NCBI GenBank assembly: GCA_002633005.1
Contig: NMRA01000510.1
Location: 246,225 to 310,224 of the forward strand
Length of the DNA stretch: 64,000 nt
Direction of reading: 5' to 3'
Source: Phoronis australis
Taxonomy: Eukaryota > Animalia > Phoronida
The notes below the pieces were generated by a model, which saw nothing but the letters and a program-made list of their open reading frames with translations, did not search any database and was not told the DNA's origin. The stretch's first letter is position 1; the number at the start of each line of letters is the position of its first letter. Shown piece by piece: positions 1-13,659 of this stretch. The position numbers and the translations under genes were made by a program.

Positions 1-576
1 AGGGACTCGACAACAATTAATGCAAGTGAAAGGTGAAAATGCGCTTTATCACCAGTGTGTGAATGCTGTGAGGGTTGTCTGGACCTAGGAACCAGTAATG
101 GCCGGCTCGGATGGCGGAACACACAAACTTTCCAATTATTGTTCATGAACTGACAAAGTTTTATTCATGGGCTTTGCTGGTCAAGTGCTGTGGAGACATC
201 AACTTGCCGAAGGCAACTGATTAAGCGGTAAGTACTTTCAACACAATAAACAAGAGACGGCGCCACAGTACAGGCTTGGTCGAGGTCAGCTTGGTATCAC
301 AATCGATGGCAGCTGGTCTATGGCTTTACTGAGGCATTCCGTTCGCTTTATTGGTGCTCTGAAACCACAAAGTCAACCAAATGGGTTGCGCATAGTGCTT
401 TGTTCAAGAGTATATTCCAATAAGACAAGAAGGTTTGTAAAAATATTGACCTGAGGCTTAATTGTCAGTGGTGGCGTTTTCCAGGGATTCAACTAAGCTA
501 GTTAGCCCGCCAAGGGCCAAGGGGATAACCTCGATCACGAGAGAGCGTGGTTGTTGTTCATGTTTTGATTCTAATC

Positions 577-682
577 GTAAACTCATGTGTTTCTTCCTTA
601 CATATGATCAATGTTTACATTGTGAGCACGTAAACTAATGTGTTTCTTTCTTACACATGATCAATGTTTACATTGTGAGCAC
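577..682. repeat. 53-bp tandem duplication
   Basis: gtaaactcatgtgtttcttccttacatatgatcaatgtttacattgtgagcac x2, with 3 substitutions. Confidence 0.9.
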
Positions 683-1825
683 TGCAGGTGAAATTGCGGT
701 ACAAATTTATCGAGATGCTTAGTTTTGGCTAGGACCAATATCACTCCCAGGTTTTGGGAAGGGGCTTCGTTCAGAAATATGGGTCATGTAAATAAGGTCA
801 ACACAACTAGGTCATCGGGGAGCATGGTATGATTATGGAATACACCTGATTAGGAACTTATTTAAAAGGCATTTTGCAACACTGCAATGATTAATTGGAA
901 TTGGCGAATATCTGTATAGATAGATCACGCTGAATAATTTCACCGGGTATTTACCATAGGGGTAAAATGCCCCCTCTTTAAAGGTACATTATCGTTTTTA
1001 CGACCGAAAAATGCAATTTTGGGATGGTTACTGAATGATACGTATGTACTAGCATATCTAAATATTTGAATACTTGTATTATTACTACTTGTATGTTCTA
1101 TGTATACAACATTCGTCTATGTACTGTCTACAACCCAGATATAATGCTTCGCGATTCCTGGGTTTGTCATTATTTTCCTTGTTGTGCTGTGTATTCATCA
1201 AAAAATATCACCTTGAAAATATGTTGTCGCCAAATCAAGGTTGGTGACTTTACCAGTTAAATACTATACTATGCCATAGTAGTAATAGTAGGCCTGCTTC
1301 AACTGAATGGAATTTAGTTCATCTAGCAGAGTGTTTGGCTGCGACTGGACTGTCATGTTCCAATCCGCGCTCGGCTGGACTGACAAGATTTTTCTCGCCA
1401 AACAGTATCCGAAAGCAGCCAGTGTTGCCGCGGATTATTCGAAAAAATACAATAGGCGCTGTTTATCTAATTATGAAAGTAAAGTATTTTAAGAGAATTG
1501 ACGTAAATATTCGAAACAAATGTCGCAATTTGTTGAGTAAATGATTGATCGGTGCTTTAGCATTTTGCCCGTTAATATGCTAATCATCTAATCGAAGTTC
1601 GCATAAACAGGGCTTGCATGATATTTCTCCATTACCGCAATGTAAAAAGTGACCGAGCGGGGGTGGGCTGGTTCCTCTCTGAATGCTGTAGATCTGTAGA
1701 TATGTGACAACATTGTTTAAGCTCGTTCCAGTCAAGTATCTGATGAGGTGTCCACATGTGAACGCACTCGGATAAGATACTGGTACGTCTGTACCGTTTT
1801 CGCACTCTTACTCATTTTCATGCAG

Positions 1826-1991
1826 AGAACATTTAACATGGAGTTACGCGCATGGACCTTCCGACGTTCCTCTGATTGGCGAAACCTTAGGTCAAAGGCT
1901 GGACAGAGCCGTCGACTCGTATGGCGATAAAGACATGTTTGTGTTCCCCGCTCAAGATGTTCGAAAGACATTCGAAGAGTTTCAGAAAGAG
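1826..1991 (+). CDS. ACSF2: ACSF2-like acyl-CoA synthetase, internal exon (upstream coding exon not identified)
   Basis: tgcag|...|gtaacg; EHLTWSYAHGPSDVPLIGETLGQRLDRAVDSYGDKDMFVFPAQDVRKTFEEFQKE resembles the ACSF2 N-terminal SYxxG...T.GQ.L region. Confidence 0.9.
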
Positions 1992-2919
1992 GTAACGCCT
2001 GTTTGAACTTCAGATTTTTGCATACAACAATTCTATCGTGCCAGCTTACATATACGCAATGGTGTAGTCCTAGAAATAAAAGTAGAATTCTGGCGCGGAA
2101 CATCACGAAGAATTAAAGTCGTAAATACAGCAGTGCATGCAACAAAACTCTATTTGTAGAGATGAAACAGAACTGGAAATTTACTTTAATGAGACCTCAA
2201 TAATTAAAGCTAAAAATGGCGTTCTGTCGAGGGGACGCCTTCCTGGCTGAAAAAGCGAAGGATGATACACTCTGTGACTACATGTACCCTCAGCACATAT
2301 GCAAACATTTATGTTATGTATCTCTGTTTTTGCTGATTGATCTTCGTTAGATAAACTGAATGCCACATCACAAATTGAATCGGCATTACCTGTGGTGTAC
2401 TTATTAGCTATGCACCCTAAACCTTTAAATGGGCATTTTGTCGCTGTTTAGTTGCTAAGTTGAATAACTGAAGCACTTTGCGGTGTAAAACATTACCACG
2501 AGCACTCGATCATAAATTGCTGCCGAACATGTCCACATCTTATATCAAGTCACAGGCAATGTGTCCCTAGAGCATTTCTGAATTCACAATTTTAGAGTTT
2601 GCAAACCTCATTAAACTATAAAACGTCATCTTGAGTCGTTGATAGTTTCTGTGTTCTTGTTGGTAACGGAAATAGAGTCCTGTCACTTTAGCCAGCCACA
2701 CAAGATGAAATGTAGCTTTAATGTATTTTTCCAGTTTGATAAACAGCAGAACTTTAACCCACAATTAGAAACCGCTTTCGTTCTCCTTTCTGCATAGCCT
2801 ATTACCATGCATTATTTTACCTTTGACTTTTAGCGCTCGTTCCAGCACTTTCTATTATCCCCTAGATCCGTGAAACTTGAATCTGATGCACAGCATACAG
2901 TAAAATTGTGTTGTTATAG

Positions 2920-3102
2920 GTTAAAGATTTTGCCGCCGGTCTTCTATCTTTGGGACTCAGGCGAGGAGATCGCGTAGGAATATGGAGCCCTAATTGTTTG
3001 GAATGGATAATTACTCAATATGCATCCGCCGTGACCGGGATGATACTGGTCAACATAAATCCTGCATACAGAATTCGCGAGCTGGAGTACGCTATTGGGA
3101 AA
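2920..3102 (+). CDS. ACSF2: ACSF2-like exon
   Basis: ttatag|...|gtatga; [61 protein letters not shown], phase 0/0. Confidence 0.95.
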
Positions 3103-3340
3103 GTATGACTTTGTTCCTTTTAAAACTGGACAATTTACCACAAATTGGGAATGTAAAGTTTTTACTCGTCTGAAGAATGCAGCCCTGAATGCCTACAATT
3201 GAGATTTGTTGTGCTGAATCATGTAGCTTATCCGAACTGTGGTGGAATTACAGTATGTGTTGATCTGTGTGTAACTCCAAATTTCAGTTTACATCATTCG
3301 TCATTGGGAATCTTGCCGTTTCCCAATTCTTTGCTTCCAG

Positions 3341-3507
3341 GTAAAACTCAACGCCTTAGTTTCCGCAGAGAGGTTCAAGACTCAAGAGTATTACGAAATG
3401 TTATTCCACCTTTGCCCAGAACTTGCCTTCTCCAAACCCGGCGAGTTGCACAGTAATCGCCTTCCTGATCTGAAAACCATCATTATGATTGACGGCGAAC
3501 CCAAACC
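3341..3507 (+). CDS. ACSF2: ACSF2-like exon
   Basis: ttccag|...|gtaggt; VKLNALVSAERFKTQEYYEMLFHLCPELAFSKPGELHSNRLPDLKTIIMIDGEPKP. Confidence 0.93.
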
Positions 3508-5122
3508 GTAGGTTGGACGCAGATTTATCTTTTAAACGCTGTCAACGGTTAGATAACATGGCGAGCAGTGCTATGCCCACCAAGCGTTATATATTTAAAG
3601 TAAACAATATACGCCATAGGCGGATTTATAGAGGCCCAAATGACCTCTCACACTTTCAGTGCCCAAAAGGAAAAACATACAACTTATACCGTTTCTGTGG
3701 GTATTGCGAACTTCTGTACTTTGGATAATGAAGTCCGTGACCCTTCGTTGTTTTGCCAGTTCGTTTCATGTTTGTTATCTATAATGCCAGAAAGACTACC
3801 TTGAAAGGTCAAGTGTCATATAACGATTTTTGACTGTTTTCCGGACATAATTGCAAAAGAAAATAATTTATGTCAGTAGAGCGGTCCTTAGTGGCCTAGT
3901 TATGGTTTTAAAACCATTACCTCAAAGCAGGCTATCTAAAATTCCCACACGCGCATCCGGGAACACCATTGATGGTGCTGATTGAAGTAAAATACACTAG
4001 TCTCATGTAGGTAGGCCACATTCGCGCTTCAGCGCCAGAGGGTCTCCGACAAGTTACTTCATCAAATCCATGACATTTTATTGACCACACAGTGCAACCC
4101 CACCGATTCCCATCCTTAGTAAAGGCCAGTGTTTAGCTGTGTGCAGGCCTGTTTTATTTGTTTGGCCACACCGCATCTGGGGATCCTTGACGTGAACTTA
4201 ACCCGCTATTGCTAATTTCAAAGTTCATTCTACCCTTATAACGTTTTCTCAAAGCAGAATGCAAAACGATGCATTCCACCATTGGTTATTCACTGATGAA
4301 ATGCCACTGTAGCTGCTCTAAATCAACTCCATCACACGCATGAATAAATTATCAATATTTGAGATCAACAATTTATGACATTCATTTTACATACATCAGT
4401 GGCATCAAATGGTAGACATTAGAAGCTTGTGATACGGGGCATACCTGAGAAGCAACGTCTTTTGTAGATTAACCAATGTCATGTTCATAGTACCCCAGCG
4501 CCACTAATTAAATACATCCTCTTCAACGACCAGGTTGGTGTCATTTCAACCCGCAATCATAAAGATTGGATTGGGGACAAGCAGTAACTTTTTAAATTTC
4601 ATTTAAAACATTAAATGCGTCATAGCAGACAACCTTCCTGGTAACATCTTCCTGAGAATATGCTGCGTTTTACATTGTTGATGCGCCATGTTTTTATAGT
4701 AATTAAAATTCAATATACAAATATGGACAATATCGAGGACAATGTTAGGCTTGCTACCGCCAAAGTTACAATGTCCAGTGATCGTAATGTTTTTGTTTTA
4801 TTGTACTGCCATCTCCTGCTTCTTAACTTTCTTGGGTGGGGGGGGGGCTTTTGGTTTCTGCTTTTGTTAGTGATCTGTCATCTCGGCTACTTCAAAAGTG
4901 ATATGCTACAACTTGCAGGGCAACAACACCTCAGAAAGGAAGTCATCCTACTGTGCTTTAGCCAGAGGATAGAAGTATCAGCGGTCGTATAATATCGTTC
5001 TGCTTAGGTTCAGCAATGTGATATCGAAGGTCCGCCATTGTACACAATATTTAATGTCGACAATTTGTTACAGTGTACATTTTCTCTGGTATGTGATATC
5101 TGAGCTTCACCTTTCTTTCCAG

Positions 5123-5240
5123 TGGAACGTTTCAGTTTTCCGAAATATCTCGTAGTGGGGAAAATCAACCGAAGCGCCTTATTGAGGACCTGAAGTACAA
5201 AATTCAGTCCGATGACCCCGTGAACATTCAATTCACTTCT
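5123..5240 (+). CDS. ACSF2: ACSF2-like exon
   Basis: tttccag|...|gtaagt; ends IQSDDPVNIQFTS, the first half of the AMP-binding signature. Confidence 0.95.
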
Positions 5241-5877
5241 GTAAGTTCAGCTATAGACTAGGTTGGAGTTGCGCAGTGTACCTAAGAACAGCAATAAAAG
5301 AAGAGATTGTACTTAATTATTATTAGATTGACAATAGCAAATATGTGAACTGTTTAGGTTGGGCGAGATTCATTTGCATGCGAACGGCTTCTCCATTCGT
5401 GGGGCACCGAACATCGCGTGACATTCAATAGAAATTGACATAGCTGTTCATATGATCTTATGTTTCTACATTTATTTATTTTGCTGTTCTTTTGCAGTGT
5501 ACCAAGTGTGTAGCGTGCATCAGTACTTTTGCATTTTCGAGTGGATAATTATCACAAAGTTAGACCTACATCTCCTTGGTACTCTGCGTAAAACGTGAAT
5601 TGCAATTCCGTCCACTCAAATACATAAATTGTCCATCTCATTTTTCACTTGAGACAGGCAAATATCCCCATCTCCAAACACATCATTCAGTGCATCAGCA
5701 AGTAAGCGATAGTTTCAAAACATTTCAGTTCGACAATGCTGGCCAAAATTTTCCTCAAATGAATCGCAGGCCATAACTCAAGCCATCCTTGCAATTTCTT
5801 GGAATAAGTCGGCACAGATTGAAGAAAATGTGGGTGTCGTGGAACCTTCTTTAACACACTAAAAATACTTATTCAAG

Positions 5878-5973
5878 GGAACAACAGGAAGTCCAAAGGG
5901 AGCCACGTTATCTCACCATAATATGCTTAACAATGCAAGATTCGTTGGACGTCGCATGGAATTTCACAAAAAG
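5878..5973 (+). CDS. ACSF2: ACSF2-like exon (AMP-binding loop)
   Basis: GTTGSPKGATLSHHNMLNNARFVGRRMEFHKK|gtacga. Confidence 0.95.
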
Positions 5974-6103
5974 GTACGATTGTCGCGTTGCATTGCGTCA
6001 GATTACTGCGAAGTTGAAAGCGGTCATTACTTGTTGGGGACCGTGTGTGAAAGTAAGTGCTGATACACCTGAAATATTCGTATTGCAAATTTTAATCCTT
6101 TCA

Positions 6104-6258
6104 CAGTGGCGGATTTAGAGGGGGGCCAAGGGCCATAGCCCCCTAAAATTCTCCCAGATTCCATTAGGCAGTTCGGAGGTGCGAAAATCTGACGGGAAAA
6201 ATCCTGGCTAATATGTTGCCTTAGGCCCCCCAAACTCAAAATCCTGGATCCGCCCCTG
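6104..6258. mobile_element. hAT-like MITE with 5-bp TSD
   Basis: CAGTGGCGGATTT...GGATCCGCCCCTG, flanked by TTTCA on both sides; the interior matches the copy at 13430-13598. Confidence 0.8.
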
Positions 6259-6278
6259 TTTCACAAGGCAATAGTTAT

Positions 6279-6333
6279 GATGACATTGAAATGACATTGA
6301 AGTGACATTGAAATGACATTCAAGTGACATTCA
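6279..6333. repeat. 11-bp minisatellite
   Basis: About 5 copies of tgacatt(g/c)aa(a/g). Confidence 0.85.
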
Positions 6334-6473
6334 TGTGATAAAACCTGCTTCCGCTCAAAACTAAGATCTAATTTTATTTGTTGTTCACGTACGGAAGTAC
6401 ATTATTTCGCATTATTTCGTGCATTATGACGTCAACTCTCCCGTTGAGCATTCTCTTGTCGTTTTCTTTACAG

Positions 6474-6622
6474 GAAGTGCGTCTGTGTGCCCCAGTGCCC
6501 CTCTACCATTGTTTCGGGTGCGGTATGGCAGGTCTCCAAACCATACTACACGGTACTACCGTCGTATATCCAGCTCCCAGTTTTGCTCCAGAGCCGACTT
6601 TGCAAGCTGTGGAAGACGAGAG
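6474..6622 (+). CDS. ACSF2: ACSF2-like exon
   Basis: tttacag|EVRLCAPVPLYHCFGCGMAGLQTILHGTTVVYPAPSFAPEPTLQAVEDER|gtattc. Confidence 0.95.
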
Positions 6623-7107
6623 GTATTCGAAGCATTTGAAGCATTTTGGTGATAGAAATGACGAGATGATTGTGAATCGATGAGACGGCGTGTTTGACTT
6701 GTGCTGAAACGGCACTTTTAACCTTCTGTAGTCGCGAGGTAATCGGATTCTTCGTTGCAGTCTGTGAAATGGATGCCGCCCCAGTACCAGGTTCTGCGTT
6801 TTTCTTTTAACGGAATTTCTTCTGAACATGATTATCCTTTTTGTGTTGGTGAAAGAAAAGTTCACATGTGTGAATTATGAATGTATGCTTCCTTCACATA
6901 TCTGGGTTGGTTTGTCTGCAAGTCAAGGCCACTGTGTCAACTTGGTTCCAATTGTACACGAAATCTGAAGGTTTCACACTGTTCATTTTCGGACTTGTGG
7001 GTTTTTGATTGCACCCGAGGACATTGTTCACGATGTTGCTTGACTTTTTTTTTCGAATATTGTTAATTTCTAGTTAACCGTGTTGACTTTTGAAGCTCTG
7101 TTTACAG

Positions 7108-7199
7108 GTGCACTGCTCTGTATGGTACTCCCACCATGTTTATCGACATGTTGAATTTTCCACAGTTCAACAAGTACGATTTGTCTAGCCTGAACACGG
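7108..7199 (+). CDS. ACSF2: ACSF2-like exon, the last recognisable one (gene appears 3'-truncated)
   Basis: tttacag|[31 protein letters not shown]|gtaagg, ends in phase 1. Confidence 0.93.
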
Positions 7200-8169
7200 G
7201 TAAGGCCCATGCACGTAACATTTTCTGTTGAAGCGGTCACTTTTTGGTTAGACCTCTTATCATCATGTACAAATAATTCCGTAGTTAAAATAGATGTTAT
7301 TTCTGGGCTTGAGAAAAACGAAAGCTTGTTGTTGCTTGAAACCACACTCTACATGTTGACATGTCAAAATGTGTCATTTTATTCAGGGAGTTTTGCATGT
7401 TCTCGAGCAATGACGAGGTGTCAGTTCTTTACAAGACCAGAGATCACTTCTCATCTGATTAAGGGACAAGCTGAGATGACGTATATTGCGGTAACGATTC
7501 TTAATCAAAACGTAGCCCTTTTAAGGATATCTTAAACCTTATTCACAAAAATTGGCCATTTTTACAATATTTCACATATGTCTAGCAAAATCATTCTCGG
7601 GGAACTTCAAAGACGTGTAGCGAGAAAAAACAGAAGATTTAGCAGAATCACTTTGGAACCGCACAACCGCGTGGAAATTTGTTTATTACTTATCCGATAT
7701 TAAAGGTTACGGGGCTTTCACTCAAATCGAATCTCCCACCAGGCACAGAGCAGCACCGTATTAGTCTATATGTACCCTCAGTCTTTTCATTCTCGGAGTC
7801 GCCATGATATTGCGTCAAAGACGTTTACATAAGATAGATGCTGGGGAAAACGAAGACAAAACGTAGTTTTGATAATCAGGGAGTTGCGTGTCTGTATGCA
7901 TATGACCGTTGAGAACGAATGCTATGTGTCGCCTCGCAACACTATGACTTCGTGTTGAAAAACAGCAAGTTGTGAAAAGAGACAAATGCTGACAACAGCT
8001 TATTATTTAAAATGACTTATTCTTATTAAAATGACATAGGCAAAAAATTGAATTTTGGACCTCAAAAGCGAGGCCTCCTATATTAATATAGGGGGCCCCG
8101 CCGAAAGGAGGCCGGAGAGCGAAAAATTTTGAAGCAATTGGGCATCACAAACAGCATGCTTCTTGTGAC

Positions 8170-9162
8170 ATCTATTTGTATCATAAAAATGGCCACCAGA
8201 TGGCGCAAAACATGTCAACTCCATCCGAAAACAGAAACATCTTTTCTTTAATAGAAAGTATTTACCAATTTCCATAAAAATCTGTCAAGAAACTATAGAG
8301 AAACAAAGGAAGACCGGAAAAAATGGAATGGCCACTAGGGGGCAATGCACCTGAAAGTTGTCAATATCTGTTCTCAACATGATATGAATATACTTGCTAA
8401 ATTTAATTAAGATCCTGCAGTAGGCTTAGGACATACAGCTATAGGCGCAAAAAAGCTAGGAGGCGCCACAGTAGTTAGTCGTCATCGTCAGCCATACTCT
8501 TCAAACTGAGAACAGATATATCCATTTTCACAATAATCCATAGAATGGGTTAGTTGATAGAGGAGCAGATGCCAAAAAAACGATTAGAAAAAACATAAAT
8601 GGCCACTAGGTGGCGCAAAATGTCTCAAATAAATCGGAAAATAGGGAGATAGCATCATGTCACCAATAAACTGCCACTAGGAGGTGCCACAGTAGCCAGA
8701 TTAATCAGAAAATCATCGTCAGGCTTTCTCTTCATAGTAAGAAAATACATGCATGCCAATTTTTACAATCATCTTAAAAAGCGGTTTGGTTGATAGAGAG
8801 GCGGATGCCAAAAAACAGTGAAAATGGTTATTAGGTGGCGCAAAATACCTTGACTCCTTCCGAAAACAGGAATATAGCATCATCCTACTAACAGGTGCCT
8901 ATATGCCAAGTTTCACAAAAATCTGTAGACGACCTTTAAAGATACAGAGGTAAATGTAAAAAAATAATTGCCACTAGGGGGCACAATGGTTGTCAGATCC
9001 GTCCGAAATTCGTCCTCTTCTGTCGTCATCTTCATATGAACCCATCCGTCAAATTTGGTGAAGATACTTTGAGGGGTTCAGGAGATACAGCTGCGGACGC
9101 TGGACGCCCAGACAGAGATGAAGGCAATTTGCACCCACATATAGGTATGTGGGCGCAAAGAA
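8170..9162 (-). mobile_element. Helentron-associated (HINE-like) element, family A, internal repeats with CTCF-like motifs
   Basis: Reverse complement of the family-A 5' hairpin (gcccacata...tatgtgg) at about 9131-9160; repeated CCACYAGRDGGCRC cores; homologous to 30401-31600, 37690-38640 and 49542-50185. Confidence 0.7.
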
Positions 9163-9522
9163 ATGCGACCTCTATGAGTATTTGAATCTGACTTCGAAAA
9201 CAAAATAGCCAACACGTCCGCCATCTTGAATTTGATCATGATGAATGACCTCAGGCTTCTAGCACTTCGGGGACTAGAAATTGTGGGTGAATCTTGTGCC
9301 AATTGGAACAAATAGTGCAACGTGTATGTAGAGTGCAGACAAAAAAACTTGAAGTTTCAGTTGATGGCAGATACAATAATTTGCCATGTAATTAGGTAAA
9401 TTAACCTAATCAAACAATGGGAGGGTTGTCAATGGCTGCTTTTAAATTAATGGACAGCTATATATAGTTACGACTTTCTGTCCACCAAATCCAAATTGCT
9501 TTCTTGGTTTCATTTATAGACA

Positions 9523-11520
9523 CCGTATTAGCCCTAGTAAGTGCCTAGGGCGCTTAGAAAAATTTGTTTCAGGAGAGGGGGTGTGCTTATTGGAGCATAA
9601 GGCTGTTGAAACACAGTGTTCTAAACAGGTGAGATCCGAAGCTAGGATTCATCAAATTTATCATGTCTGTAGTCTACGACAGATCGACTTTCCACAAAAT
9701 TGTGGTACATTGCTATCAAACTTCATTAAATTACGATCCTTTTTCAGAAAATTGTGGGGATATCCCAGGGCGAAAACTTGCCGCCTCATGGTGAGATTCA
9801 CTTCTGTTGACAAGTACACTGTCTGTTCTGAAAAGCCAGACACATACCTCGTGAGATCTGCAAAATGTTTAAATTACCGTATTCGCCATAATAACAGCCC
9901 AGGGTGCTTAGAAAAGTTTGGTTCGGGGGGGGGGGGCTTATTATAACCCAAGGCGGTTGAAACCCGGTCTCCGAAACGAGTGAAATCAGAAGCTAAGATT
10001 GATCTCAAATTTACACTCTGTGACGTATATGTAATCTATGAAAGACTTTCATCAAAAATGTGTTGCATTGCTATCAAACTTTGCTGCCAAATTACGATCG
10101 TTTTGCAGAAAATTGTGCTGAGATCCCAGGGCAAAAACTCGCTGACTGACTGCCTCGAAATCGCCGTCTTCGATATGGCGACTTCAATGCTTAAATAAAA
10201 ATGGTTTCGACTCGAGCAAATTACCTGAAATCCTCATTAAGTTTCATAAGTAGCATCTCTCAGATTTTTTTTAGTTTCCGTGGAGTCTGGATTAATGGCA
10301 GGTTTGTGTACAAATCTGTGCAAGATCGTGCCATCTACATGTATGATCGGCAACACAGCGAGAAAAATGTTTGGACGAACACACATGTTGTTGTCACGTG
10401 ACGTTTGTTTTGAAGTTTGTCTGCGAGTAAGCAAACGCGTGTGTCACTAGAGTTCATTTGCCAAAGCAGAGACCGTCTTTTGGCCAGAGCCATGCAATCT
10501 AACTAGCTAGATGTGTCTAAAGAAATTTGCACAAGCAGTATAGGCCTAAACCAGAGCGTGTTTCATTCAGCACTTGCCGGTCTCCTGCTAAAAACTTTCG
10601 ACATTTGTCTCGGTAAGGCCCATATTAGTCGCCGTGTAACTGGATGGGTTATTTTTCGGTGTAAGGGTGTGCAAGCATTCACTGTCAGTTGTCATTTTAT
10701 CGGATATTCGGCTTAAAAACACCAATTATGGTTAATCAAACAATCCATCTCAAAAATAACGCAAACATGTTTTATAATATTAGAAATTGTCGGAAATTAG
10801 TGCCAATATTCATTTCTTATCGATGCTATGCTACCCGTTTCATGAATGGATAGTTCCCGACTAATGTCTTTGATGACAGGTTAATGTATGTAGCGCGAGC
10901 TTCCTGGCCACGTGCGTTTAACACCGAATTATTTTTATTCATGAGACAGTCGATGTGTCTACTGAAAGGTCAGTGGGACACGGTCGTCACGAGAGCGTAG
11001 AACGCTGTTGCGTTCTTTTTGAAGCGCTGCGTTACTTTGAAGTGTAAAGTCACGGCTAAATACAAACGTAGCAGTGCCACTGGTGGTCTAGAAGACCCGT
11101 GCAAAATTTTTTTTGATAAATTGAAGATGTTACTGTAACCGAGTTTTAGGACTGTAGGTACATCATTGTTCGCATGTACGCGTTCATGGACTGGGCGCTT
11201 ATTTCAGCAATGTCTGAAAACGCGTGGGGGGGCGCTTATAGGGGCATGGGCTGTTATTATGGCGAATATGGTAATTCTTTTTGAAGCACTGCAGAAGTTT
11301 GAAGTGTATATTCACGGCTAACTTGAAATACCGACACAGCAGCGAGGCTTGTGGTCTAGAAATTTGGCGGACTGTCGGATATTATTGATAAGATTGAAGA
11401 TGTTACTGCAGAATTTAAGAAATCTATGTAAGGGACACGTCCATGGGCTGGGCGCTTATTTTAACGAAATCTGAAAGCACTTAATGGGGCAATTTCGGGC
11501 GCTTATTAGGGCAAATACGG
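9523..11520. mobile_element. Tc2/pogo-like non-autonomous element (outer)
   Basis: CCGTATTAGCCCTAGTAAG...CTTATTAGGGCAAATACGG|TA termini. Confidence 0.7.
9877..11271. mobile_element. Tc2/pogo-like non-autonomous element nested in a related element
   Basis: TA|CCGTATTCGCCATAATAACAGCCC...GGGCTGTTATTATGGCGAATATGG|TA; 24-bp TIR with 1 mismatch, TA TSD. Confidence 0.85.
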
Positions 11521-12689
11521 TAGTTGTGAATTTTTGCCCACCAAATCTGAGTTGCTTTCTTGGTCTCATTTATACTTTAGACCATGCCATTATGAAAAGA
11601 CCTCTATTGCAGGGATAAAAGTTAACATTGTCCATGACCCTGTTGCCTCTATCTTTTGTTCAGAGTCCTTCTAGTCAACAGAGCAGTGTTAGGACTGGGA
11701 TATGATCTGTCCTATTCATTAAGTAGGTCAGGTATCCATTGTCAGCTATGGCAGCTGTTATACCAATTATCTACAATAAGAGATAACCAAAGACATTTAT
11801 TGAATGAATTGTTCCCACAGTGGTTATGGTCTTTGTTTGGGCAAAGAGCAAACAAAAGGCCTGGTTGTTTGTTCTTGTAAATTATACAGTGGTACAATTA
11901 AATTCCAGGATTTAACTGGAATTAAATGTGACCAGGTGATTTTTTTTTAGTTTGAGTTTCAGTTGCATAACCAAAGCAAACAGTGCAAAAAGTGATGGTG
12001 TGTGCGTGCGCGCATGTGTGAAGGCATTAATTTGTACAATTTGGTAATTAGGGCTAGCTAGGCTTCTGAGGAGGGTAAAGTGCAAATATTATTTGAAGAT
12101 AGAAAACCTATTTTGGAAATTTATTGTTTTGTCATAAATTCAATACCGCTGAGTTTAAAGTGCATTGAACTCACACAACCGGAATCACAAATATGTGGGC
12201 TTATTTTTGACTCACGAGTGGTTATGTACATACAGTATGCAGTGGTGGATCTTGGATGTAGGAGAAAGAGGGTGAAACCACACATATCTGAAGCCAAAGG
12301 TCCACGTGCATTCCAAGCGGTCTCTGAAGGGGGCCCATGCAATCATAAAGGAATAGGAGTGTAATGCCCAAAAAATCTGAGGCAATGAGACAAAAGACCC
12401 CAAACAAGCACAAACTCGCAATTCACAGTGGTGTCCCGTTTTTTTTTGTTTTTTTTTAGTCCACCAAAAGATCCACAACGGCAAGAATTCGAGCCCCCCC
12501 TATATTGAAGGCTGGGTGCGCGCATGTACCCTACGGTTTAGTGACCACGCGCGTCAGTTCAATGCCGATGAGTCTCCTCTAACCGTCTGTACGATTCTGT
12601 CATCTACGCAAACACCACTATGATTATGTGAAGCACCGTTTGAATCAGAGGCAAATTCAAAACGATAGTACTAGTAGGCGCAACAATTT

Positions 12690-13049
12690 TTACTCTGCGC
12701 GTGTAAGCGCAGAGTACTGTTGTTCCTGGGTTTTCTTCAATTTTATTCTTATTCTTCTTATTCGTCTTCTTATTCTTCTTCCGTAAAACATCTGTGATTA
12801 TTAGCATTAACAACACTTTTAATCGAGTTAACAATTACTCCCTCATCGGGGCTCATAATGCACCGGAAGAGGTCAATTAGTGGAAAGGTCATCAAAAAAT
12901 TAATATGTAATTTCTCCTACAATTTTAACGAATTTCTTTTCATATTGGTAACTGAAACGGGTTGCTGTTAGTAACTTCCCATAATAATTCCAGTAATACG
13001 CACGCGCAGAGTCCGTTATTGTCACGCCGTGACAATAATCTTTCTAGTT
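12690..13049 (+). mobile_element. Complete HINE/DINE-1-like Helentron derivative, family B
   Basis: T-run, 5' hairpin actctgcgc..gcgcagagt, (TTC/TTA) microsatellite, subterminal IR gcgcagagt, 3' hairpin ttattgtcacg-c-cgtgacaataa, then ctagtt. Confidence 0.8.
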
Positions 13050-13378
13050 TTGTTGTTGTTGTTGTCCATCTATATCATATATCTTATCTTATGGGATAGA
13101 CTACGGCTGGACCCCAAGTTTTTCGCGGGGGCCGGGGAGTGTTCGATCGATTAATTGAATAATATCCCTTATCGTGTCCGGCATTGGTTTTACGGAATTG
13201 AGGATTTAAGATAGTGAAGTCGCCTCCCTTTCCGCCCGCGCACTGAACCGAGCTCCTAAAATCTGAAATCGTAGATCGGTGTGTGGCGGCGAAACCAAAA
13301 AAGGAGACTTGGCTAAATGAGACCTAAAAACATCATCGAGCTAAAATATGAGATCAAATTCATTTTCACATTCTATCA

Positions 13379-13659
13379 CATGGGCGGCGCACTTTTTTCA
13401 TTGCTACGCCGCACTTAGGCGGTGCACCACAATGGAGGATTTATAGGGGGGCCAAGGGGGCCCATCCATGGCCCTCCCGGCCTAAAATTCTCCCAGATTC
13501 CATTTGGCAATACGGGGGTGCGAATATCTGTCGGGCAAAATCCTGGCTAATACTCTATCATGGCCCCCCTCTAACTGAAAATCATGGATTCGCCCCAGCA
13601 CCACAGGGGGGGCTGAAGGGCTTTAGCCCCCACCTTTTTCAGTGCAGCGCCGCGCCCAT
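13379..13659. mobile_element. MITE (CATGGGCG...CGCCCATG) containing a nested hAT-like MITE at 13430-13598
   Basis: Inner element flanked by CACCA/CACCA; outer element flanked by TATCA/TATGA. Confidence 0.7.

Noticed and set aside
98-1782. Candidate ACSF2 first exons (donor at 228; 51-nt segment 1732-1782)
   Set aside because: No in-frame ATG after the stop at 151-153, and joining 1782 to 1826 creates TGA
7387-7490. Phase-compatible AG...GT segment as the next ACSF2 exon
   Set aside because: The translation GSFACSRAMTRCQFF... lacks the expected GIMAGSPCP-like motif
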